This document shows positions 49,125 to 59,910 of a stretch of DNA of 64,000 nucleotides, piece by piece. Each line of letters opens with the position of its first letter. Position 1 is the stretch's first letter. The translations under genes were made by a program, and so were the position numbers. Location of the stretch: contig CAJINV010000003.1 of the NCBI GenBank assembly GCA_905178155.1, positions 9,927,979-9,991,978 of the forward strand, in the 5' to 3' direction. Under the pieces are notes generated by a model. That model did no database searches, had not been told where the DNA came from, and saw only the letters and a list, made by a program, of their open reading frames with translations. This stretch comes from Amoebophrya sp. A120. Taxonomy: Eukaryota; Protista; Dinoflagellata.

Positions 49125-49151
49125 TAGATGATGATGATGATGATGATGATT
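49125..49151 (+). repeat. (GAT)n microsatellite after CAGGATA
   Basis: CAGGATAGATGATGATG...; same motif at 19420. Confidence 0.8.
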
Positions 49152-49280
49152 CTGCCGACTTCGACCCACCAATTGAAAAGAGGAAAGAAAAAGAAACATC
49201 CGCTTGATATACTTTCTTTTGAAGACCCGTGCAATCCTAGTCGTCCTCGTAAGCAATAGACAAAAAGACCTTTCAGCAAC

Positions 49281-52200
49281 ATGGCACACAAGTTTCTATC
49301 CTCTGTTCCATCCATTTATAAGGAGGGAGCGGGGGAAGACAAGGGAGATGTGGCGCGACTGCAGGCCTTCATCGGAGCTATCGCCATCGGAGATTTGGTG
49401 AAGTCCACCCTAGGTACTCCAGCTTATATACTCAGTGCGAAGTGCTGCAAAAGCGAATACGAACGACGACGTCGTGCGTCCGCGTGCTTGATGGTCGTGT
49501 GTGTTTATGTTGTCAGTACCGAAAGAAGTGGGAAGGTCACTGCTTCATGTGAACTGTTAGTTCCCGCTACATTCTTCTTTATCCATTTTGTGAATGTTGT
49601 AGACATCGTACCAAAATCAAAGGTCCCAAGGGAATGGACAAGATTCTGCAACCTCTGCCAGGCGAAGGTGCCAGCAAAGAGACGACTGTAACTAACGACG
49701 GCGCCACTATTCTTTCACGTGTCTGTATGAGGGTGCACGGTTCCGCCTTGTCATTTGTCATGCAAAGGATATACCTTTGCGCGCCTATTTGCAAAACAAA
49801 AGTTGTAGCAGCTGAGTTATAGTACTATCATCAACACTGCTTGGCTGTTTCATGTACAGGAGCAGCGGACCACGTGGAATGGCTAAGGTGGAATGGCGCT
49901 TGTATCGGACCAAGTAGAGGCAAATGGTGGTTACGGAGCCACCTACTAGTACTATGCCACGCAGAGAGTTCCCGTGTGCCGCTTTTATTTCTGTTTCTGG
50001 CCATGCCTTCCAAAGGAAAGGCAAAGGGAGGGGCACTTGTGCAGTCTCATAGTCTGGGTCGACAATCCTAGCGCAAAAATTCTGGTGGATATCTCCAAGT
50101 CGCAAGACCAAGAGTGTGGCGATGGTAATTTCTGTGGTGATGAAATTTTCTTTGCATTTAATTCTATCTTGTCACGCTTATCTCGCTTCTCGCTCGCTGT
50201 TGAAGACGTGCTGCTACCATCAGATGAAGCACAGGAATTTTGTGTACTGCACAGACATCAAAGTAGTGGCATGTAGTAGCGTACTTGGTAGTGTAGCTTT
50301 GCACGACCGTTGTCATCCTGTTAAATTTGTGAAGCGACTCAATCACAGGAACGACGTCGGTTGTGGTTCTTGCGGCAGAGCTTTTGCGACAAGCGGAGCA
50401 ACTTGTGCAGCAGCGCATGCACCCACAGGTGATAATCAAAGGATACCGCATCGGCCTGGAAGCGGCGCGCAAGCGACTCGAGGAAGTCGCTTTTGACAAT
50501 GGTAGGCTCTTTGGCATTTACTTCTATTCATGTGCTCGCTTGCAAGTTCCAGTATTGGGCTCCTGTCGGCCAAGCTGGCGAGCAATATGGGGGCGGGAGA
50601 TCACGAGCAAGAGCATCTCGTCCTGCTTGGAAAAGTGATGTTCATTATGACCGACGTCTCGAATTTGACACTGTGACAGACTTCCGTGTCGAATTATTTG
50701 TTGCTACAGGAAAGGACGAAGCCGAATTGCGTGCAGACTTGATCAAAATCGCGGAAACGACTTTGTCTTCGAAGCTATTGAAACACGAGAAGACGCATTT
50801 CGCCACTCTAGCGGTTGACGCCATCTTGCGTTTGAAGGGAAGACCAAATCTCGACTACATTCAGGTACACGTATCGATTGCTTGCCTTGAAACAAAATGT
50901 GCGCCGAATAAATGGTATTTTGTCGCGTCACACCGGAGTCGCAATAAAATTGCAGGTTTTGAAAAAGGCCGGAGGTGCAGTAAAAGAGTCATATCTGGAA
51001 CCGGGTTTCATTCTTGAAAAACGCATCGGTGTCGGCATGCCGAAGAAGAAAGAGAATTGCAAGGTACACAGCTTCAGATTCGTGTTGGTGTGACGCAGAA
51101 CAGGAAAGTTGAGAAATGGATCACGAGCGACTATGCATCTGAAAATGGTAGCATGCGATATTTATCTGCATGCTGCGATGGCACGAGAAATGGCAGGCAG
51201 TATCTTTCCATCCGCAATGTTTCTTACGTGTCGTACCTACTATAAAAGTTGCGGACTGGTGTCGCAATATAAAAAAGGTCCTGGTGGCCAATACGCCTAT
51301 GGACTCGGACAAGATTAAGATCTTTGGCAGCCGCGTAAAGGTTGAGTCTCTGGAGGCTATGGCGGAAATCGAACGGGCGGAGCGGGAAAAGATGAAGCGC
51401 AAGTGCGACAAGATCGTGGCTACGGGGTGTAATGTTTTTATTAACCGTCAGCTCATCTATATGAAAGCGTCCGGTGGAAAGTCGTTCGTTTTGAAACATG
51501 TGCGCTGTGTGATTTTGCCGAGCAAGGTCTTCATGACAAAGACAAACGCTTGGCTCTTTACACTAAACAGTACGTATGTTGACGCGTTAGCATGATTTGG
51601 CCTACACTGGCTGCGTAGAGTCGCTGTGTCTAACATGTGCCGCCATGATCCATGACCAAGCATTTGCGGAAAGGCTTCCTGGCCGTCAGCGGAAACACGC
51701 CCGGTAGATTGCGTTTGTGATCGCGCTTGGACTAGTAACATGAAAAATATTTCTGTTTTGACGATTTCCCACCTGTCAGTTCCATAGTTTACAACTACCC
51801 GGAGGAACTGCTGAAGCAGGGCGGCATTACGTGCATCGGTATCGTCCAGGAAAATCCGCCCTCCACATACTCAAAGGGATTTGCCATCCGTAATTTGTGG
51901 ACAAAGTCACTTTGCGACAAAGCGAAAAGGACAAACTCTTTAGATTTGCTCTGCAGGCAATAGCTCATGCTAAGTAGTCCGGGGAGAGCAGATGGTTCCT
52001 GTCATGCTGAAGAAACCCAGCACGTGACTGCAATCCGGGACTCATATCCGCATTTCATCAGGTGTAAGAGGAAACGACTTTCACAAGTCAGAGGTACTGG
52101 TGTATAGAGGCGCGGTCTGCATAAGGCTTTCCTCTTCATGGGGTGGCGGTTTTTCATTTTGACAGTCAAGCATTCGGATTTTGACGGTACCGAGCGGCTC

Positions 52201-55200
52201 GCGGCCGTTCTAGGTGGCGACATCGTCAGCACCTTTGACGACGCCGAAAACATAAAACTAGGCACTTGCGAACTGATCGAGGAGGTTATGATCGGGGAGG
52301 ACAAGGTAATTCGCTTCAAGGGGTGCGCAGAAAACGAAGCCTGTACTATCGTGCTTAGGTAAGTGCAATAAGTGCCTACATACTTCTGTGTGGCACACTT
52401 TCTATAACGTGTTTTATTCTCGAGACTGTTCTTCTTCACCGCAATTTCCAGCCGTCTTGTAACGGTAATTTTTTGTAGTATAAGTTTTCTTCTGTGCCGG
52501 ACCTGGACAACTGGGCAACAGGAGGATTCTCGTCTGCTTGTAGCTATAATTATCCCCCTAAGCGCTACTATCACAAAAGCAGAAGCAATCTCGCACCTAC
52601 AATTCTTCTAGGGGTGCCTCCACGCACGTGTTGGACGAAGCGGAGAGGTCGCTGCATGACGCGCTGGCGGTTTTGTTCCAGACCGTGACGCAAGATACCC
52701 GAGTGGTGTGCGGGGGCGGGTGCTATCCTGTGTAAGAACGTCCTCACCCCATATGAGTGCGTCATGTAAGTTTGCCTTGAGATTTGGCCTTGAGTTTCGA
52801 ACCCCACGCGCCCCCGCGGTTTGCCCCGCCGAGTCTCCACTGCGCTAGCGGGCCGGGCGGGTCCGTAGTGCGGAGCGGGTCTATTGGGCTACCGGACTGG
52901 CGGGACAGCATCAAAGGCTGGCAGGTAGTGCTACAGTGTGTCTTTGCGCGAGCACGTCGGACTTCGTTAGGGCCTTAGGCCGCGGGGCGCCCGGCCCTCG
53001 TCTTTCGCACTTCTGATCGTGGGACGGCGACGAAGTACAGGAGCAGGGCGAAACGTCATCAATCGGGGCGCCCCCCTGCCTGCCGCTCTCCGATGACGTC
53101 TAGGATTGGAGGCACAGGAGCATGCGCCAAGCGCCCCCCCTGCGATGCATATTCTTGCGGCGTGTGCCACTTTGTACTGCTGTACCCAGTTACCGCCACG
53201 GCCGCCGCGTCTGTTCGACCTGCGAAGACACTCGCAGCACGCCTGCCCTCACGCTTCAGGGGCCCCGTTTCGTTCTGCATGCGTTCGCTCTCATTTCGTA
53301 CGCCTCGCCTACCCGTGCTCATCTCTCAGCACAGTCCGCGCGAATGCCTTGGCCTAAGTGCGAGCTTTCAATGCGTAGAAGACGTTTTTGCGATTCTTAA
53401 TTTACTTGTGAGCATGTTGTTTTCAAACTAGTGAATACATAGTAGTGCTGTCGACGTAGTTTTTGTTTTTATTCTCTTTTATTTTTAGCTGGTGGCCCCA
53501 GAGCTGTAAAGCGCCGTGCCTGCACTCACGTTCGATGGATTTTCCAATTGCGCCGTACGAAGTGCGTCGGGTGGTCGGAAGTGTACTGGATTGAGGTGCA
53601 TTGATTCTATTGGTTTAGTGTCTTTTAAGTGCCACCGGGGCAACCTGCCCGTAGATTTTCTATGTTGTGCCGTACCTATCACTATAAGCTGGAGGCTCTG
53701 ACATGCGGGCGGGCCACGCAAGGAGAACTACACTGCGGACCCAGGGTTGTTGCGCGCATCTCACAAAGCCCGGAATTTGTGTAGCGGAGGTCGCAGAGGT
53801 GGCACCTTTACTGAGGGGTGGGTACGTTTTTGCACATGGTAGCTGCTGCGAGATGGCTATGTCCAGGGCGGTAATGCAGACCGCCGCGGAGGTCGGCGGC
53901 AAGGAGTCCGTTGCTGTTGAGGCTTTCGCAAAGGCGCTGGTCCAGATTTATCCCGCAGAAAAGAGCTAGCGCGCCGCGTTTGCAATGGAAGAAAATACAC
54001 AGAGATCGAGAAGTAGCGCGCTGCTTCAATACACAACGAGTTCTTTTGTATGCCCTATTCACGTCCGAATGTGTGAAGCCTACTTCATCTGTTGAGAATT
54101 GAAAAACAGGCCAGCTATTCCGCTGGATCGGGCAAGAAGGTGGAGCACAGCCGCAAAGGTCAAAAGACTGGGGTAGCGCGCCAGAAGAGACAGAAAGAAC
54201 CAGGCGCGGACCTCTCGGAGGTCGGGCCTGCCGATTTCTGCTGCAACAACTGGCCCGGGGCCGGCTCGTCCTGCGGGGGTCGGGTTGATCTGGCGGAGCC
54301 GGCTAGATCTCTTAGCAGTGCGAGCCGGAGCCGCCACGCGAGACCGCCGGACCTGCAGCCCCCCAGCGGTCCGTCCGGATCGTCCGGACTTGCCGCAGTC
54401 GGCCGCCGGGCCTAGCGGCGGCCGCCTGGGCTGCGATGGAGAGTTTGGCACAAGGAGGAACCAGGTACCCTACCGAACCAGGGACCAGGTACCCTGGGAC
54501 CACGTACCCAGAAAACACCCCGGGTCTGAAAACGCCGGACCGGGGTATCCTGTTCCGTGGGTGCCTACAAGAGCTGGGCACCCTACAAAAAGGCGCACCG
54601 GGGGCCCTCGTCCGGCCACCGCTACCCACATCCGGCCATCTACATCTGCGTACCGGGTGCCCACATCCGGGCACCCGGGTACGGAGATTCGGGCAGCCGG
54701 TGCCCAGTTGTGGACACCCCGACGTGAAACCGCTCGAGTTTTCGCGTGACTTGCTTTTTTCAACTCAAAGCTGAAAAGGTGTCCCCATCCGCGCATCCAC
54801 ATCCGGATACCCGGGCGCCCACATCCGGCCGGGCACCCGGGTACCCAGGTACCTGGTCCCAGGGTACCTGGGCACCTGGGCACCTTGCCCCTGGGTACCT
54901 GGTCCCTGGGTACCTGGTCCCTGGGTACCTGGCCCCTGAGTACCTGGCTCCAGGGTACCTGGTTCCAGGGTGGCTGGTCTCGGGTACCTGGTCCCGGGGG
55001 GGCACCTGGTTCGGTAGGGTACCTGGCCCCAGGGTACCTGGTTCCTACCTCTACCGGAGAGTTTGTCGGAGGGGCGCGTTGGAGCCCATAGGGGTTTTGG
55101 TTCCGGGGCGGGCCCGCCAGAGCCCGTCGGGCCAGCCGGCGACCGCTTCGCTTCCCGAGGCGTGAGCCGACCGGACCTCGCATCCCGCCGGCCGCTCTTC

Positions 55201-58200
55201 GGCCGGCACTCGCGGGCCCGTCATAGTGAAGAGGCGGCGCGCTGTTTCCGGGCTGACCCTTCGAGGCTCCATCGGCCCATTTGCTGCGCAGCGTCTGCGA
55301 GCCCGCTCATGGTTGTTTTCGCAGCGCCCTGCCCTGCTTGGTTTCCTGCTTGCAAATGCGGACCGGCGCAGTGGCGTGGCCATCACAGCCGGCGGAAGCG
55401 TTCGCTCCTGCCGTGTGCGCCCCGGCAGGTTCCTAGCTGCACTTCCGGCAACCACGCCGCGACAGAGAGACCCCAGATCGGCCAGCGTCCGGGCTAGAGG
55501 GGTCGCATCATGCCAGGGGGCGGGCTTGTTTTCTGGCCCCGGCTGCCGACCGATGCGCCCCAAAGCCACCGGGGGCCGACCGCCGGGGGGCCCTAGCAGG
55601 GCGGCGGGTGCAGGTTTTTGTTCTCTCGCGCGGGTTTCGGTTTTGCCCGCTTTTCTCCAGTTCGCCCTGCTAGGGCAAGGCGTGGTCTCTCTGGTTCCCG
55701 TAAAGCAAAAGGGCGCAGGCGGTCAAAGGGGGCCGTGGCATGGAAAAGAGCTCGGGGGCACAAAAGATCTCGGGGAAGCCAGCGAGTGGGGTGGCGTCGT
55801 CTTTGCGATTTGTTTTTCTTCTGTGACCAAGAAATACCAGGCGCAAAAAAAAAGAAAGAGCACGAGCGACACGGGGACAAAAAGAGAAAAAAAAGAAAGA
55901 CGCGGGCCCCATGCTCACAAAAGAACAGAAGCCCCGACGAGGGTTAGTTAGCAGCATGGCCCGCAGAAAAAAATACAAATAAAAGAAAGAGCCAGAGCGA
56001 CGGAGAGAAAAGAGGACAGAGGACCAGGCTAAAAGATGACACATGTCCCAACAAAGTTAGACCGCAGCGAAGTGCGAGGAGCTCCGTGCTGATCACTGAG
56101 CTCGGTGGCGTCGTCCGTTCTGGAAAGCTTTCCTGCGTCCGCAAAGAAGCTTGCTACTGGGCACGGCTTGGGGCCTCTTTTTCCTGTTCGACTGACACAG
56201 AACCCAGAGGCGGCGGGTTTTTGGGTCAGGTATGTCGGGTGGTTGAGGATCCTCGCCTGCGCCTAGGCCGGGATCCTCTGAACATTGTGTGTGAGGGTGG
56301 TAGCACGCGACGGACCCCAGTCGGATGTCCCTTCGCTGCTAAAATGGGTGGCGTTGCGATGTCTGAGATGCCTGGCTCTCAGTGCAATCCAGTGCAGACA
56401 TCTTGCCTCCAGGAAATTTAGGCTGATCGATGGCCGTTTCTGGCTCGCCTCGGCATCTAGAGACAGAGGCCGAAAAGGCTCGCTGCGCTTGTTTTTCTTC
56501 TTTGTCAGGATTGTAGCAGCGCTTGGCTTTAACTCGGGAGCTTTCGATGGTTTGATCGGTGGATGGGAATTGCGCTTAATCTCCTGAACACTAAGGGTGG
56601 ACAGGTGGCAACCCGGGTGGACGCCAGGCGAGTGCTCGCCTCGCCCGCTACTAAAACGGGCTGCGTTCGGACATCTGTGACGCGGCTGGCGACCAACCCA
56701 CTCCCGGCGATTACCCCCGAGGAAGTTAGCGCACCTCTCTGACGGTGCCTGGCTCGCCTGATAGCTTTCCTCCACTACCAAAGAAGCGCGCGGCGGTCGC
56801 GTTGTTTTTCTGCTGTGTTGTTCGTTCGCAAAAGCGACTGCAGCCCGCCAGGGTGCGGCCCATTTTCCGCAGAAGGCCAAGCGTAGTAGGGATAGGCTTC
56901 GCATTCGCCCACGTACCCATGGACGCACTAGCGGGGGCGCCGGCTGTATGCAAATACCGCGAGCCGCCCCGGCGCCGGGGGGCGGTCTAGAGATGACTCA
57001 TCTTGGTGGTGGGAGGCGCAACAGGCCGGGGCCTTGCTTTTTTTCCGTTTGGCCAGCGGGGCAAGCCACCAAGGGCGGGCACGGGTTTAGGGATTTGGGT
57101 TCCCTAGGATGGCCGTAGCAAAGTGTGAACAGCTTCGCGCTGATCACGGCGCTTGGTGGCGTTGGGGTTCCCGCTTCTCTCCGGCTGCGCGCGAAAGAAT
57201 TGGCCGGGCTTTTTTTTTACAGTATTGTATTCGCGTTGTGCGCGAAACTTCTCAAAATGGGGAGGCTATTCGAGGGGCTTCGGCATGAAGAGCCCCCCTG
57301 TTTCAATTACAGAGCAGGCCCGTTCCTTTCAACAACCTCAATGCGTGCGGCCCCCGAGCGGCGGGCAGGGGGCTTCGCCTTGCTGTGCGCTTTGCGCCCG
57401 GGTGGCGTCGGCCCGCCCGCGGTAGTTCGGGATTACGCACGTGCGGGCTTGTTGTGCGGCCCGCGGCGCCTCCTCCGCCGTGGCGGACAGCTCAGGCTCG
57501 GCCACTTTTGTGGGTGGGCAGGCCCCCCCATCGTCGTCCGCCTTCGCTCGGACCGCCGCGATCAGCGTGTGCGTTTTCTTGTGGTAAATGACCCCCGGCG
57601 GGGGGGCCTTGCTAGCTACCTGCCGCTCCACTGCCTGCTTGACCCGCGGCGGGGCGTCGTTGTGCCTGCGCCCTTGAGACGGTCTCTGTGGCTGCTTTGG
57701 CGGGGGCGCGAGCGCCGCCGCAAATTTCTCCTCCGTGGCCTTTATTTTACTGCTTGGCGCGCATATGGATGAATGCCAGGCGGGTCGATGTATGGCTGTC
57801 GGAAGGTGCCCCTCCTCCGGGGCCGAAGATATGCAAAGGCCCAGCCAAGTGCGGCGGACTTGCCCCCGAAGCCACAAAGAGGAGACGGCTGGCCCCAGTC
57901 CGTCCGCTGCGCAAATCTCTTTCCAAAAACGGGGCGGGGAAGGCCGCAGGGGCCATGGCCTTGCTGCGTAGGCCTCGCGCCGGTTCTGGTCCCCGTGCGA
58001 AGGTGCTGCCGCTGTGCAAAAAACTGGCCCGGCTATCCCCGGCCGCCGGGCTCGCAGGCCGCCGCCGCTCGCTCTCGCTTTTTATGAACCTAGACCAGGG
58101 CAGCAGATCGCCCCCCGGGTGCCCGCCGCTGGCTGTGCCGCTCCCCGGGGCCAAAGGTATGCAATAGACCAGCGAAGCGCGGCGGGCAGACTTCGCACCC

Positions 58201-59910
58201 GCGCCCAAGGGCTCGCAGCGCAGCGACGCACCCAAACGAAGAGCCCCCCATCGGCGAAGCTTGTCGGGGATGGGTTTGGGGGCACCAAACAGACCCCAAG
58301 TGCAGGGCGGGGCGGCGGCGCATGCCGATCGCGGAGCAACTACAGGAGAACACCGCGGGGCGCCCCTACGTCAAACATAAGAAGGCACTGCCGCGCAGCT
58401 AAGAATAAAAGCAGCGCCCTCGGCGCATTGGCCGCGGGTAGCAAACGGAAGGCCGGCGCCTTTAGAGGCCCGAGACAGACCCGAGCCCTTCTGGTTGGCC
58501 CGGTGGATCTTCCGGGCGGCGAGAACATCAGGCCCGGCCCGCGGCAACTCTTCGCACTGCCTGTGTGCGGGCCCACCCAGCCCTTTACTCCCCGCCGGCG
58601 CATGGTCATACTTGCGAGGCCCGCTGCTCTTGCTGCCGGGCCTGGGGGAAATTCACACAAGTGCTGCCCCCGGGAAGGCTTCAGGCACTTGGGCGGCTCG
58701 TCCGCGCAGGTTGTCAAGTTGGCCCTAGGGCGCCGCTGCTCGTTTTTTGTTTTAGTACAAAAGCCGCCCATGTCAGACGATCTCCTCCGCCTTGCTCATG
58801 CGTGCGCAGGTCTCTGAGTGCTTGCGCTTCTTTTGGGGTTTAGGGTCGAACGTTCCCAGCACCGCTGGAAGCACGGAGCCTCAAAGGAATGCACTCCCGG
58901 AAGGATTCGAGCGCTTTTTCAGCGGTTGCCTTTGTCCTTCTTGTTTTGCTGTCCCTCTTTCCTCGGGCCCTACTGGCGTTAAGCAGTTTTTTCTTTGCGG
59001 ATGATCCGCCCTCTGTTTTTTATTTCGTTTTTTGTTTCTAGTCACCGCGAGCGCAAATCTGCACATGGCGACGTGAGCATGAAAATGAGCTTGGCGACCT
59101 CCCATCCACTACTACGGGCTGCGCTTTGCCGTCACTTCTTCTTTCGCCCCCATCTCCTTGTCTCCGTCCCGTCCCGGTCTCCATCCCGGTCCAGCGGCCG
59201 TCGCAGCAGGGTTGTAGGGTTTAGAAATGTTTCGGGTTCCTATGTTGACATTAGAATGCGCGAGAAAGGCAATGGCCTTGCCCAGACAGGACAAGTGGCG
59301 CTGCCCTGCTGCTTATTCCAATTTGCCCGCTGCGGCGGCTATTGTTGGCAAATTCGGCGTGCTAGCATTTTAGTGCAGAATAAGAGTCCGATGATTCTTA
59401 GCGAAAATGCCGGCTTCGACGCTCAGGAGATAGTGGGTGAGCTCAAGAAGTCTCATGCGACCGGCAAGGCATTCGCGGGGATCAACGTGATGACGGAAAG
59501 CGTCGCGGACATGCGGCCGTTGGGCATCTACGAGTCGTATCGGTCGAAGCTCAGTGGGCTTTGCTCTGCAGCCGAGGCAGCGGAGCAGGTACCCACGTAT
59601 AAAGTCTGTGCAGTTGCTGCGGCGCATGCATCAATCAAATAAAATAGGTTTGAAAATAATGAGTTTGCATTTGGTACAAGGTGAAGTGCGCAACTTTTGC
59701 TGTAGCTTAATGCGCCGGAAGTTATTGTAGTGTTGTTCTGCTGCCCATTTCGTGTAAAGGTAAACATGCTGCAGGTGCGCTGTTTCAATATTTTATTAGT
59801 TCTACCGCTAATTCGAGAAGCGGAACCGATATCGATTGCATTTACTTCGACAGGTGATCCGCGTCGACGACATCATCCGGAACGCACCCAGACAGCGGCA
59901 AGGCATGTAG
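49281..59910 (+). CDS. CCT2: T-complex protein 1 subunit beta (chaperonin CCT/TRiC beta), 13 exons, 536 aa
   Basis: Exons 49281-49413, 49623-49724, 50056-50124, 50349-50501, 50710-50864, 50956-51063, 51278-51458, 51791-51838, 52169-52358, 52612-52722, 53846-53947, 59387-59588, 59854-59910 total 1611 nt with consistent phases. Motifs [101 protein letters not shown] and VIRVDDII are those of the beta subunit. Confidence 0.96.
49725..50055 (+). mobile_element. Non-canonical intron 2 of CCT2 (introner-like), 331 nt
   Basis: GTCTG|TATGAGGGTGCAC...GTGCAGTCTCATA|GTCTG; perfect 5-nt direct repeat, 11/13 inverted repeat; removal restores ILSRVWVDNP. Confidence 0.85.
51459..51790 (+). mobile_element. 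Non-canonical intron 7 of CCT2 (introner-like), 332 nt
   Basis: ATCTA|TATGAAAG...TTCCATA|GTTTA; inverted repeat 51460-51485/51761-51786 (19/26); no GT donor at the junction; restores RQLIYNYPE. Confidence 0.88.
51839..52168 (+). mobile_element. Non-canonical intron 8 of CCT2 (introner-like), 330 nt
   Basis: ATCGG|TATCG...TTGACA|GTCAA; weaker stem (GAAAATCCGCCCTCC vs GGGTGGCGGTTTTTC); only GT..CA removal restores the conserved IEH. Confidence 0.78.
52723..53845 (+). mobile_element. Non-canonical intron 10 of CCT2 (introner-like), 1123 nt
   Basis: GGTGC|TATCCTGTGTAAGAACGTCCTCACCCC...GGGGTGGGTACGTTTTTGCACATGGTA|GCTGC; 21/27 inverted repeat; restores VVCGGGCCEM. Confidence 0.88.
53948..59386 (+). 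mobile_element. Non-canonical intron 11 of CCT2 (introner-like, inflated by nested repeats), 5439 nt
   Basis: AGATT|TATCCCGCAGAAAAGAGCTAGCGCGCCG...CGGCGTGCTAGCATTTTAGTGCAGAATA|AGAGT; 21/28 inverted repeat; restores [14 protein letters not shown]. Confidence 0.88.
54453..55050. mobile_element. Foldback/MITE-like element with 15-bp GGGTACCTGGTCCCT subterminal repeats, nested in intron 11
   Basis: Left AGGAACCAGGTACCCTACCGAACCAGG is inverted relative to right CCTGGTTCGGTAGGGTACCTGG...GGGTACCTGGTTCCT; tandem GGTACC units at ~54840-55045. Confidence 0.7.

Noticed and set aside
49095-49289. Poly-His/poly-Ile ORFs
   Set aside because: Translations of the (GAT)n microsatellite.
49719-50052. Canonical GT-AG reading of CCT2 intron 2
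   Set aside because: In frame but deletes one residue from the conserved [16 protein letters not shown] segment and ignores the DR/IR structure shared with four other introns; not excluded without cDNA.
56962-56990. Helitron 3' end (GC hairpin followed by CTAG)
   Set aside because: The hairpin almost abuts CTAG instead of lying ~10 nt upstream, no following T, and no 5' TC end or Rep/helicase identified.
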